Shown here: positions 19,456 through 28,135 of the stretch, in pieces
How positions within the stretch are numbered: position 1 is the first letter of the stretch
Layout: each line of letters begins with the position of its first letter
From: an uncultured Candidatus Saccharibacteria bacterium
GTDB taxonomy: Bacteria; Patescibacteriota; Minisyncoccia; Phycocordibacterales; UBA9973
Reading direction: 5' to 3'
Assembly (NCBI GenBank): GCA_964440545.1
Contig: CAYTSO010000001.1
Span: 63,827 to 127,826, forward strand
DNA length: 64,000 nucleotides
Notes under the pieces: generated by a model
The model's input: only the letters and a program-made list of their open reading frames with translations
The model's database searches: none
Told to the model about the DNA's origin: nothing
Position numbers and translations under genes: made by a program

Positions 19456-22400
19456 ATGAAAAAGAATTTTCACTCCAAGTTTTTTGTGTTAGCAATTTTA
19501 TTAATAATTATTATCAGCGGGCTTTATTTTAGTCTACGTAACGCAACAGCGGATAGTGTTATGGTTGAGTATGGGGAAGATGATGTGATGGAAAATACCA
19601 CTGTGTCCATTGCTACACGCGATGAAACTTCTTCTCCTTGGCGCAAGTCGCCCATAACTTACAACCGCACTCTAAACGGTTCGATAAATGATTCGTTGCA
19701 AATAGACCAACAGCCAATGCGATACAAGACAACGGATGAAGGAATTTATAAACCAGCGAAAGCTTCTTTTACAATACCAACAGCATATAGCACAAAGAGT
19801 TTTTCTCTAAAAAAGTGTTTTACCCCAACGACAGGCATTACTCGCCCTCTGTTTTGGTCGCTTAACGTATATGGAACCACGTTAAATTATTCAGCCAACC
19901 AAAATATTTATCTAGATACTTTTTCCGTCTCAGGGTCTTCTCCTGCTAGCTCCGCTGTCGTTGACTCGACGACATATGGTTGTCCAGACCCGATAAAGAG
20001 CAAACCACCAATGCCTTACACCTATGGTTCAACATGGTACGGTTCTCCTTGGTATAGTTCTACCGGACTTTCAAGTATCACTGCCAATTTTTGCTCTGAC
20101 GGTACATTAAATATTCAAACCTACTTGAATGGGGTTCCATACACAGCGACCTGGTCTTTGCCAAGCAGTCTCACAATTAGTGGTCCCGATTTGACAAAAA
20201 ATAATTGGATAATTAATGGGAGTCTTGTTCCTACCGATTTAGCCCCGTCTTCTCTGATAAATGCGACTAAGACCATATCCTCTGGCACATCATTTACTTC
20301 TGGTGTATACAGCATCAATACTGCAAGAAAAGGAGGAGCTTATACAGCTTCTTATTCTGGAGCAGGGCCAAATAACTCGACACTTGGTTCAATAACGTAT
20401 TCGAGTGGCGGTAGTAGTGTTTCCTTTACTTGTTCCGCGAACCAGAATAAATATATTACATTAAATTTTTGGTCAAATGTCGATTTGACAGGTGATCCGG
20501 ATTCTTCTATTCAATTACTAGATCCTTCCACGAACAATCCTTTAACAAATATTACTACCACAACCAGTAACATAAAACTTTCTGGTAAGGTAAAAAATAT
20601 TGGTACAGTTTCTACTGGTACTGGTGAATCAAGCTACTTCCAAAATTTTTTTGAAATCGACTATCAAAAAGACCCGCCAGTTCTTGGTATAGAAGCTGTG
20701 GCAAGTAATGTTAATACTCCATTAGCGGCTAACGCGACAGCAACAACTACTGTTACCTCTAGCGGGACTATTTATTTTCCTTACGCTGGCACAAGTAGGG
20801 TAAGAGTTTGTGCAGACAAAACCAGTATAAGTAGTGGTGGACGTATTTCTGAGTCAAACAACATTACACCTCCTAACCCTCCGGGAGGTCCTGTCCCTCC
20901 TGGAACAGGAGAGCAGAATAATTGTGGTCCATGGACGACAGTGAATGTAACTAGTGGAGCATCAGCAATAAGCGTGGATTTAACTGCGAGCCCAATCAGC
21001 ATGACCCTGCCAACAAACTCAACTACTCTAGCTTGGACAACCACCGGAACACCAGATAGTTGTACTGCTTCGGGTTCTTGGAGCGGAGCAAAAACTGTAA
21101 GTGGGGGGACTGAGAATAAAACTGGATTAGTCGCAGGCACTTATACTTATACGATTACTTGCTCAAAAACTGGGGTAACAGACGCCACAGATAGTGTGAG
21201 TGTTGTTGTATCTGCCGGTGCGGTTCCTATTGTTACTATTTCAGCAAACCCGACCTCAGGAACAGTTGGTAGTGTTAGCCCGACGATTACTTATAGCGCA
21301 ACTAATAATCCAACTTCTTGTACCGCAACGGGTGATTGGGTGAATCTTTCTCCGCCGACAGCAACTGGAACAAGTCAGACTCAAGCCCAAGGGGTATTGA
21401 GTACCATTAAAACATATACATACACTTTGACTTGTACAAATTCCTACGGAACCGGGAGCCCAGCAAGTGCGACAGTAAATGTAACGGCAGAAAGTTCTGT
21501 GCCTATTTTAACAGATACCAGCATAACCAATATTACTTCAGCAAATGCTACTCTTGGTGGAACTGTTTTCTCTTGGGGTACCCCAGCGCAAGGAAAAAGA
21601 GGAACCTGCTGGTCGGCATCAGACATTCCTACTCCACTTACTTTTACTACAATGCCCGCTGGCTGTGCCCTTAAAGACACTGTTAATACAGGTTCCACTG
21701 GAAATTTTAGTCACGTTAGAACAATCTCACCTACACGTCCACTTTACGTTCGTGCTTTTGCTGGAAATGATTCTGGCATAGGTTGGGGGCCTCAAAAAGC
21801 AATTGCCGCGGATCTTACAGCAGGGGCGGTTGATGTCTCAGGAGAAATTGTGTCTGGTGTTGATAGAACATATACGGCAACAATTTCCAATATTGGGAAT
21901 TTTACCACTGGTAGTTCTTTCCACAATTTCTTTCAAAAAGCAACTGTTTCGGCAGCCGTAGCTCCAACTCTTCCACAGGGCGACAGCAGGATTACTGATC
22001 TTCCTTATACTTCAACTTCCCCAGAACCCTTATCAGCGTTAAATAGCGGCGGGACTGCTACGGTAACTTCTCCCAGTGTTGCTTTTTCTTCAAGTGGCTC
22101 AATCCGAGTTTGTGCAGATAAAACAACAAGCTCAGGAGGAAGTTCAATAAACGAAGCAAATGATAGTGGGACAGGGGAGGACAACAACTGTGGTCCGTGG
22201 ACGGACGTAGAAGTTGACACCACTGGAGCTCTCTCAGCCTCTTCCCCTTGTGAAATCAACGTAAATAATGAATGTACCACAACCTTAACTTGGAATATAC
22301 CAAATCCTCTACCGGATGTTGAGACAGCTGTCACGACCCCAGATCACGTTACTGTTCCAGGGACAAGCGCAGTATCTGGCATGACGACCTACACGTTTAT

Positions 22401-22899
22401 TGTTGATGGTCCATCAGGTAATCCAAATAGCAGAATGTTTTATCTTTATCATGACGAACTTGAGCTGGCAAATGCGCAAGTTCGGCCACAGTGCCCTGCC
22501 GGTGAATATTGGAATGGTTCAACTTGCGCTCTGGCGGTAGCTGATTATTGGACATACGATGATGTCACCTGTGGTTCCGATTGTAAAAAAATAGCTGAAT
22601 GCAGAGATGGCACCGACGAAGGCGAGGACGAAAATTGTATACCATGTAGCCCAGAACAAGCTGGGGTTTGCGAAGGGGGAATTCCAGTTCAATCATGCGC
22701 ACCTGGAGAAGGGGCATGTCCCCTTAATGGACCGCTTTGTTCATCTCCACCAAATCACCTAAGTCCTTGTATTCCAGGAAGCACTTCAAGTGCAATAAGC
22801 AGTTCTACTTCTAAATGGACATGGACTTGTACTCCTGCCGTGGGTGATGTTTCTTCCTGCACAGAGTGGAAAAAGCAGCCAATCATTATTGAAGACTAG
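19456..22899 (+). CDS. Giant secreted/surface protein 1 (1147 aa): N-terminal signal/anchor, Thr/Ser/Asn-rich, two CARDB-like modules, two paired-Cys Ig-like repeats, C-terminal Cys-rich module with KKQPIIIED tail
   Basis: Signal MKKNFHSKFFVLAILLIIIISG; CARDB-like ends ...RVCADKTSISSGGRISESNN...GEQNNCGPW and ...IRVCADKTTSSGGSSINEANDSGTGEDNNCGPW (E-x-N-E-x-NN signature); repeats NPTSCTA(S/T)G.W...TYTYT(I/L)TC at about 20962-21213 and 21223-21489; 20 Cys in the last 140 aa; TATAAT 6 nt before ATG. Confidence 0.7.
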   Translation: MKKNFHSKFFVLAILLIIIISGLYFSLRNATADSVMVEYGEDDVMENTTVSIATRDETSSPWRKSPITYNRTLNGSINDSLQIDQQPMRYKTTDEGIYKPAKASFTIPTAYSTKSFSLKKCFTPTTGITRPLFWSLNVYGTTLNYSANQNIYLDTFSVSGSSPASSAVVDSTTYGCPDPIKSKPPMPYTYGSTWYGSPWYSSTGLSSITANFCSDGTLNIQTYLNGVPYTATWSLPSSLTISGPDLTKNNWIINGSLVPTDLAPSSLINATKTISSGTSFTSGVYSINTARKGGAYTASYSGAGPNNSTLGSITYSSGGSSVSFTCSANQNKYITLNFWSNVDLTGDPDSSIQLLDPSTNNPLTNITTTTSNIKLSGKVKNIGTVSTGTGESSYFQNFFEIDYQKDPPVLGIEAVASNVNTPLAANATATTTVTSSGTIYFPYAGTSRVRVCADKTSISSGGRISESNNITPPNPPGGPVPPGTGEQNNCGPWTTVNVTSGASAISVDLTASPISMTLPTNSTTLAWTTTGTPDSCTASGSWSGAKTVSGGTENKTGLVAGTYTYTITCSKTGVTDATDSVSVVVSAGAVPIVTISANPTSGTVGSVSPTITYSATNNPTSCTATGDWVNLSPPTATGTSQTQAQGVLSTIKTYTYTLTCTNSYGTGSPASATVNVTAESSVPILTDTSITNITSANATLGGTVFSWGTPAQGKRGTCWSASDIPTPLTFTTMPAGCALKDTVNTGSTGNFSHVRTISPTRPLYVRAFAGNDSGIGWGPQKAIAADLTAGAVDVSGEIVSGVDRTYTATISNIGNFTTGSSFHNFFQKATVSAAVAPTLPQGDSRITDLPYTSTSPEPLSALNSGGTATVTSPSVAFSSSGSIRVCADKTTSSGGSSINEANDSGTGEDNNCGPWTDVEVDTTGALSASSPCEINVNNECTTTLTWNIPNPLPDVETAVTTPDHVTVPGTSAVSGMTTYTFIVDGPSGNPNSRMFYLYHDELELANAQVRPQCPAGEYWNGSTCALAVADYWTYDDVTCGSDCKKIAECRDGTDEGEDENCIPCSPEQAGVCEGGIPVQSCAPGEGACPLNGPLCSSPPNHLSPCIPGSTSSAISSSTSKWTWTCTPAVGDVSSCTEWKKQPIIIED

Positions 22900-22908
22900 T
22901 AAGTTAGT

Positions 22909-22945
22909 AAAAAATCCCCTTGATCTCAATCAGGGGGATTTTTGG
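22909..22945 (+). terminator. Rho-independent terminator (ATCCCCT-loop-AGGGGAT + T-run)
   Basis: aaaaaatccccttgatctcaatcagggggatttttgg. Confidence 0.7.
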
Positions 22946-23060
22946 GTTGTTGTGGATTACTTTATAAATATTTTTTTATTTCTTGTTATAATAGATCTAC
23001 TAATTCCATTAAAATATAATATATGGAGTAAAGTTTTGATTATTAATTAATTATTAAAAA

Positions 23061-26000
23061 ATGAAAAAATATTTTCAATTCAAACTCGTTTTGTTTTTTG
23101 TTCTCTCGTTATTAATCACTGGTGCTTTTTATTTTAATTCATCAGACAGTGTACGGGCTGCGTGTAACGAAGGAACGACTCGAACTGGGGTAGTTGACTC
23201 GATTACAGCCTCGGCTTCTGGCACAACAGTAAGTGGAATTGTAACACTTGCTCCTATGCCAGCAACCTGCAGTGGGGGGTATTATGAAGAAGATGGAACC
23301 GTTAAATTAAAGTTGGTTGATTTAAACGAGAATCCAATAAGTGGATATGAAGACTCTCTCGAGGGGCTAAATGGAGTATTCCATGATGGTGATAATTCAT
23401 ACTCAATGAGCATCTCCGGGTTGCCTGCTGGTTCGTACAAAATGAAAGCCGTACCATGCAATCCAATAACCACTTGCGGTGCAGCGAAATTTTCTGATCC
23501 CTTCACCTATACTCCGCCACCTGCTACTTACACGGTAACTGGGACCGCCGGATCTGGGGGCACAATTTCCCCTTCCTCAAGAACAGTGAATTCCGGTCAA
23601 ACAACGACATTTACCGTTACTCCAAATTCTGGGTATACCGCTTCTGCTTCTGGTTGCGGTGGTTCTCTTTCTGGCACGACCTATACTACTGGAGCAATAA
23701 CATCAAATTGTACAGTAACTGCAACCTTTACTGCGGCCTCCGTTCCTCCAACTCCTACCAATCTGACTGCTACTCCTGGTGCTTGCGGAACGGGAACCAT
23801 AAACGTTTCTTGGACTGCTTCGAGCGGAGCAACTGGTTATATTCTTTTAGATAACGGAAATACTATTTACACAGGAGCTAATACTTCTTATTCCCATACT
23901 GGGTTGAGCGCAGGATCATCTCATGCATATAATGTTGCGGCGACAAATGCCAATGGCACATCAGGAAATACAAGTACAGTTTCTGCTTTTGCCCCATCAG
24001 CTTGTAGTGCTCCCGTCGTCACTCTTTCCGCTAAAATAATTCTTTCCAACGGTGCGGAGTTTAGTCGTGCTTGGCAAAAAATGCCGGTTACCTTTAAAAA
24101 TTCTACAGATAAAATTAGGCTAACCTGGAACGCAACCAATTCCCCGACTTCTTGTACTGCCGATGGAGATTGGTCTGGAACAAAAACATCTAGCGGGACA
24201 GAAGACATTCCTCCATCTACTCCGAAAATTTATAATTTTACTTTGACTTGTACTGGCGCTGGTGGGTCTGACTCTGAAACCGTGCAAGTAGAAGCAGTTC
24301 CGGATACTAGTATGCCAAATCTTGTTCCCGATTTTGCCAGTGTAAACATACCAGATACCATTACCATAGGTGTTCCGGTGACATTAACTGCTAAAGTTAA
24401 AAATACTGGTAGCTCAGCAACGAGCGCGTCTCCTGGTTGGGGAAATAGCAATCTAGGTTCTTATTCTCGCGGTTCTTTTATTAGCGCCTTCTTTATGGCT
24501 ACTCCCTTAAGTGGAGGTACGCAAGCAAACGGAGGGCAATATTTAAGCGATGGGGATCCTGCATTCAAATACAATGTTCCTCCTAATTATCCAAACGAAT
24601 GGTGGTATAATCCTGGAACTTCTCCTTATGGATATGGTATTGCTGGATTACCTTGGGGCAATACGGCTTATCGACTCATGACTTCTCCTATTGCTGCTGG
24701 CGGAACATCTGAAACAGTTTCTACAACTTTTACTTTACCACCAGAGAACCAGCCACCTTTTATTGATTTTTCCGGAACACAAGCAATAACATTTTGTGCA
24801 GATACGGATCAACTTTCTGCGCCTATTGGCGACAACCCAATAGGTATTTTTGAGATTGCTAAACACTATGCTACCGACCCAATTTATCCAACTAGTTCTC
24901 ATACAGAAGTAGATAATTGTACTCCTTGGAAAATTGTGAATGTAACTGGTGGAGTTACTACTTATAGTGTTACCCCAAGTGCGGGAGCAAACGGAACCAT
25001 TTCCCCAAACACACCACAGACAGTTAATTCAGGTGCGACAGCAATCTTTACTGTTACTCCAAATGCCGGATATACAGCTAGTGTCGAAGGAACTTGTGGT
25101 GGATTTTTGGCTGGAACTACTTACACTACTAATCCTGTCCTCGCAAGCTGTACGGTAATTGCCAACTTTACAGCATCACCAAATCCTGATCTGACGGTTC
25201 AATATGACCCAACAACGATAAAAATTCCTGCGAATACCTCGCACACTTTTTCTGCCACAGTACAAAATATAGGGAGTGTTACCACAGGAAGTGCCTTTAA
25301 TAACATGTTTCAGACAGCAACCGGCTTTACTTTAAAGCAAGATGGCACTCCTAATTATGATCTTCCGATTAACCGGCAGGATTATGATGTTGGAACCACC
25401 GCTAGCGCACTAGCGGGCGGTGCCACCCTGGAGATTACAAAAAGCCTTTCATTTTCTCCAGGTACTTACTACGTTAGGGCTTGTGCAGACTTACCTCCAT
25501 ATGATTACGGGGTAGTCCTCAATGAAAATGAAGAAAATAACTGTAACGCTGGTGGTGCCCTTGCCTGGCAGGCAATAGAGGTGGGCCCGGATTTGACAGC
25601 GAGTGCTCCCGTAGCAGACAACTCAGGTCCTTACTTAGCTGGTGACTCAATATCTTTTAGCTCAACAATCGCGAACAGTGGAGTAGGTGATGTTGCTGGT
25701 ACCGTTACTCATATTTTCCAATATGACTATGATATAAACCACGAAAATAACAATGAAGGATTTATTGAAGTAAACACTACCAATGGAATTGTTGAAGGTG
25801 ACAACAAGGATGTTTCAGCGCAAATTCCTACTCAAAGTGATACAATACTTCTTTACATTCGAGTTTGCGCTGACAATGACGCTAACTGGAGCGACTTAGT
25901 GGATGAATCAAATGAGGGCAATAACTGTAGTGTTGCCATTAACGGAGGGTGGACAGTTTTAAACATAACTAGTTCTGTTTCTTGTGGTATTGCAGGAGAT

Positions 26001-26240
26001 CTTTGCCCAATTATTGGCAGTGAATGTGGACAAATCGGAGAATGTCAACCTGATGGTATCTGTGGCGGAACACTTGATCCCGTAACTTGTCCAGTTAATA
26101 ATTGTACAAAAGTTCCCGACACGTGTTCTGGTGGAATTACCCCAGAGTCACTTCCAGACAGCACAGCTAAATTTATTTGGAAATGCGGGGGGTACACCTG
26201 TGAGGTAGAAAAAAAGCAGCCGATTATTATTGAAGACTAA
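23061..26240 (+). CDS. Giant secreted/surface protein 2 (1059 aa): signal peptide, two divergent InlB-B-repeat-like modules, FN3-like module, paired-Cys Ig-like repeat, three CARDB-like modules, C-terminal Cys-rich module with KKQPIIIED tail
   Basis: InlB-B-like: TYTVTGTAGSGGTISPSSRTVNSGQTTTFTVTPNSGYTASASGCGG...CTVTATFTA (about 23523-23735) and TYSVTPSAGANGTISPNTPQTVNSGATAIFTVTPNAGYTASVEGTCGG...CTVIANFTA (about 24960-25175); FN3-like PTNLTATPG...INVSWTASSGATGYIL...YSHTGLSAGSSHAYNVAA (about 23748-23999); CARDB-like ends YVRACADLPPYDYGVVLNENEENNCN, IRVCADNDANWSDLVDESNEGNNCS. Confidence 0.7.
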   Translation: MKKYFQFKLVLFFVLSLLITGAFYFNSSDSVRAACNEGTTRTGVVDSITASASGTTVSGIVTLAPMPATCSGGYYEEDGTVKLKLVDLNENPISGYEDSLEGLNGVFHDGDNSYSMSISGLPAGSYKMKAVPCNPITTCGAAKFSDPFTYTPPPATYTVTGTAGSGGTISPSSRTVNSGQTTTFTVTPNSGYTASASGCGGSLSGTTYTTGAITSNCTVTATFTAASVPPTPTNLTATPGACGTGTINVSWTASSGATGYILLDNGNTIYTGANTSYSHTGLSAGSSHAYNVAATNANGTSGNTSTVSAFAPSACSAPVVTLSAKIILSNGAEFSRAWQKMPVTFKNSTDKIRLTWNATNSPTSCTADGDWSGTKTSSGTEDIPPSTPKIYNFTLTCTGAGGSDSETVQVEAVPDTSMPNLVPDFASVNIPDTITIGVPVTLTAKVKNTGSSATSASPGWGNSNLGSYSRGSFISAFFMATPLSGGTQANGGQYLSDGDPAFKYNVPPNYPNEWWYNPGTSPYGYGIAGLPWGNTAYRLMTSPIAAGGTSETVSTTFTLPPENQPPFIDFSGTQAITFCADTDQLSAPIGDNPIGIFEIAKHYATDPIYPTSSHTEVDNCTPWKIVNVTGGVTTYSVTPSAGANGTISPNTPQTVNSGATAIFTVTPNAGYTASVEGTCGGFLAGTTYTTNPVLASCTVIANFTASPNPDLTVQYDPTTIKIPANTSHTFSATVQNIGSVTTGSAFNNMFQTATGFTLKQDGTPNYDLPINRQDYDVGTTASALAGGATLEITKSLSFSPGTYYVRACADLPPYDYGVVLNENEENNCNAGGALAWQAIEVGPDLTASAPVADNSGPYLAGDSISFSSTIANSGVGDVAGTVTHIFQYDYDINHENNNEGFIEVNTTNGIVEGDNKDVSAQIPTQSDTILLYIRVCADNDANWSDLVDESNEGNNCSVAINGGWTVLNITSSVSCGIAGDLCPIIGSECGQIGECQPDGICGGTLDPVTCPVNNCTKVPDTCSGGITPESLPDSTAKFIWKCGGYTCEVEKKQPIIIED

Positions 26241-26297
26241 TTCTTCGATAAGCTTGGGACAATATTCTTCTGTAGGTTTAGTACGAATTAAAACAAA

Positions 26298-26325
26298 AAA
26301 ATCTCCCTTGTGGGGGATTTTTTTG
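26298..26325 (+). terminator. Rho-independent terminator (ATCTCCC-ttgt-GGGGGAT with one G-U, + T-run)
   Basis: aaaaaaatctcccttgtgggggatttttttg. Confidence 0.65.
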
Positions 26326-26339
26326 TTATACTATATAGG

Positions 26340-28109
26340 ATGGTAATCAACGAAGAACAGTTTAAAAAATCTATTTTAGATTCAGGACTTATTTCGCGTT
26401 CTGAATTTGAGGAAATAGTTAAAAAATCAGAAGCAAGTGATCAGAAAATTGGCGATATTTTGCTTTCTGAAGGAAAAATATCAGAAACTGACCTGAAACG
26501 AATAGAGGCCTTTGTGTTAAGCATACCGTTTGTTGATTTAAATAATCAAAAAATAGAGTCCTCCGTCCTTTTACTTATTCCAGAACCTATCGCTAGAAAT
26601 TACAATATTGTTGCCTATAAAAAAACCGAAAAAACTTTAGAGGTGGCGATGTTGGATGTGGATGATTTGCCGGTAATCGATTTCATCAAAAAACGCTCCG
26701 GACTAAAAATCCTTCCTCGACTTACTGATACTGTTTCCATGAGGTCTGCGCTCGTTCAATATCGGCAAAGCCTGAAGAAAGAATTTCAGGACATTATTGA
26801 AAAAGAGTGTGACGCTATCTCTTGTAAAGATGAAGGGGCGTGGAAATTAAACGGAAAATCTAGTGAGAAATCTGAATCCGAATTGAAACAAATGGCAGAA
26901 GAACTGCCGATTGTAAAAATTGTTGACTCTCTAATTTTTCACGCGATTCTGCAAAACGCTTCTGACATCCACATTGAGCCTGGAGAAAAGAACCTCACTG
27001 TGCGTTATCGAATAGATGGTATTTTGCACGACGCAATGACCCTAGACAAAAATGCCACACTGGGCATAACTGCTCGCGTAAAGGTGTTGGCAAATTTAAA
27101 ACTGGACGAAAAAAGGTTGCCTCAGGACGGAAGATTTAAAACAGAACAAAATGGAGAAAAAGTTTCCTTTCGTGTTTCTACTCTGCCAACTTTTTACGGA
27201 GAAAAAACCGTTATTCGAATTTTGAAGGAAAACATGCACGGGTTTTCTCTGGAGACACTTGGTTTTCACGGAGAAGGGCTAGAAAGAATTCACGAGGCCT
27301 TAAAACAAAAAACAGGAATGATTTTGGCTACGGGTCCAACCGGAAGCGGAAAAACAACCACTCTTTACACGATGCTCGATATTTTGAACAAACCGGAAGT
27401 AAACATTTCCACCGTAGAAGATCCTATTGAGTATCAAATGCCAAGAGTTAACCAGACGCAGGTAAAACCCGAGATTGGCTTAACTTTTGCCAATGGTCTT
27501 CGCTCTTTACTTCGGCAAGATCCAGACATTGTGATGGTGGGGGAAATTCGGGACGGAGAAACTGCCGGTTTGGCGATTAATGCTTCTCTTACTGGACACT
27601 TGGTTTTATCTACCGTGCACACTAATTCCGCTGCTGGCTCGATTCCAAGACTTATTGATATGGGAGCCGAGCCCTTTTTGATAACGGCTACCGTAAAGAC
27701 CATTATTGCTCAGAGGCTGGTGCGTAGACTCGCTCTCAATAAGGAAAAATATTTTTTATCGCCTGATGAAATAAAAAATCTTGCCAAGATTGTTGATTTG
27801 GATAGGGTACTTAATTTTCTCAGAGAAGAAAAAATTGTAGATGAGAAAAGTACTTGGGATAAAATTCCTTTTTACAAAGCAGTAAAGAGCTCAGACTCCG
27901 AAGATGGCTATGGCGGGCGTATCGGCATACATGAAGTATTGGCGGTAACCCAAACAATCAGAGAAATGATTTTGAAGAGTGGTTCGCAAGACGATATAGA
28001 AGCCCAGGCAAAAAAAGAAGGAATGATGACAATGATAGAGGACGGAGTTTTTCAAGCAGTGCTTGGAATGACTTCGTTAGAGGAAGTGTTCAGGGTGGTT
28101 TCTGAATAA
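26340..28109 (+). CDS. pilB: Type IV pilus / type II secretion assembly ATPase (PilB/GspE family)
   Basis: N-terminal T2SSE_N-like domain, Walker A GPTGSGKTTT, Asp box, Walker B DPDIVMVGEIRD, His box LVLSTVHTNSAAGS; ORF-track GTG 26310 lies inside the upstream terminator, so ATG 26340 is preferred (extended -10 TGtTATACT 7 nt upstream). Confidence 0.9.
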   Translation: MVINEEQFKKSILDSGLISRSEFEEIVKKSEASDQKIGDILLSEGKISETDLKRIEAFVLSIPFVDLNNQKIESSVLLLIPEPIARNYNIVAYKKTEKTLEVAMLDVDDLPVIDFIKKRSGLKILPRLTDTVSMRSALVQYRQSLKKEFQDIIEKECDAISCKDEGAWKLNGKSSEKSESELKQMAEELPIVKIVDSLIFHAILQNASDIHIEPGEKNLTVRYRIDGILHDAMTLDKNATLGITARVKVLANLKLDEKRLPQDGRFKTEQNGEKVSFRVSTLPTFYGEKTVIRILKENMHGFSLETLGFHGEGLERIHEALKQKTGMILATGPTGSGKTTTLYTMLDILNKPEVNISTVEDPIEYQMPRVNQTQVKPEIGLTFANGLRSLLRQDPDIVMVGEIRDGETAGLAINASLTGHLVLSTVHTNSAAGSIPRLIDMGAEPFLITATVKTIIAQRLVRRLALNKEKYFLSPDEIKNLAKIVDLDRVLNFLREEKIVDEKSTWDKIPFYKAVKSSDSEDGYGGRIGIHEVLAVTQTIREMILKSGSQDDIEAQAKKEGMMTMIEDGVFQAVLGMTSLEEVFRVVSE

Positions 28110-28135
28110 CCCAGCGTTCCCACTTAAATAATTAA

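Noticed and set aside
20781-22334. Several 80-120 aa minus-strand ORFs inside giant gene 1 (and similar ones in gene 2)
   Set aside because: Gly/Pro/Val-rich antisense translations of Thr/Ser/Gly-rich coding sequence; no independent support
22844-23050. 68-aa ORF spanning the end of giant gene 1, its terminator and the intergenic AT-rich region
   Set aside because: Crosses a clear terminator hairpin and promoter region; hydrophobic AT-rich translation; spurious
19456-26240. LPXTG, PEP-CTERM, S-layer-homology or T9SS C-terminal sorting signals in the giant proteins
   Set aside because: Neither protein contains LPXTG/PEP motifs followed by a hydrophobic helix and basic tail; both end in the acidic KKQPIIIED tail instead
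26310-26339. GTG start (ORF-track 26310) extending pilB 10 codons upstream
   Set aside because: The GTG lies inside the stem of the upstream intrinsic terminator; ATG 26340 with extended -10 7 nt upstream is the coherent start
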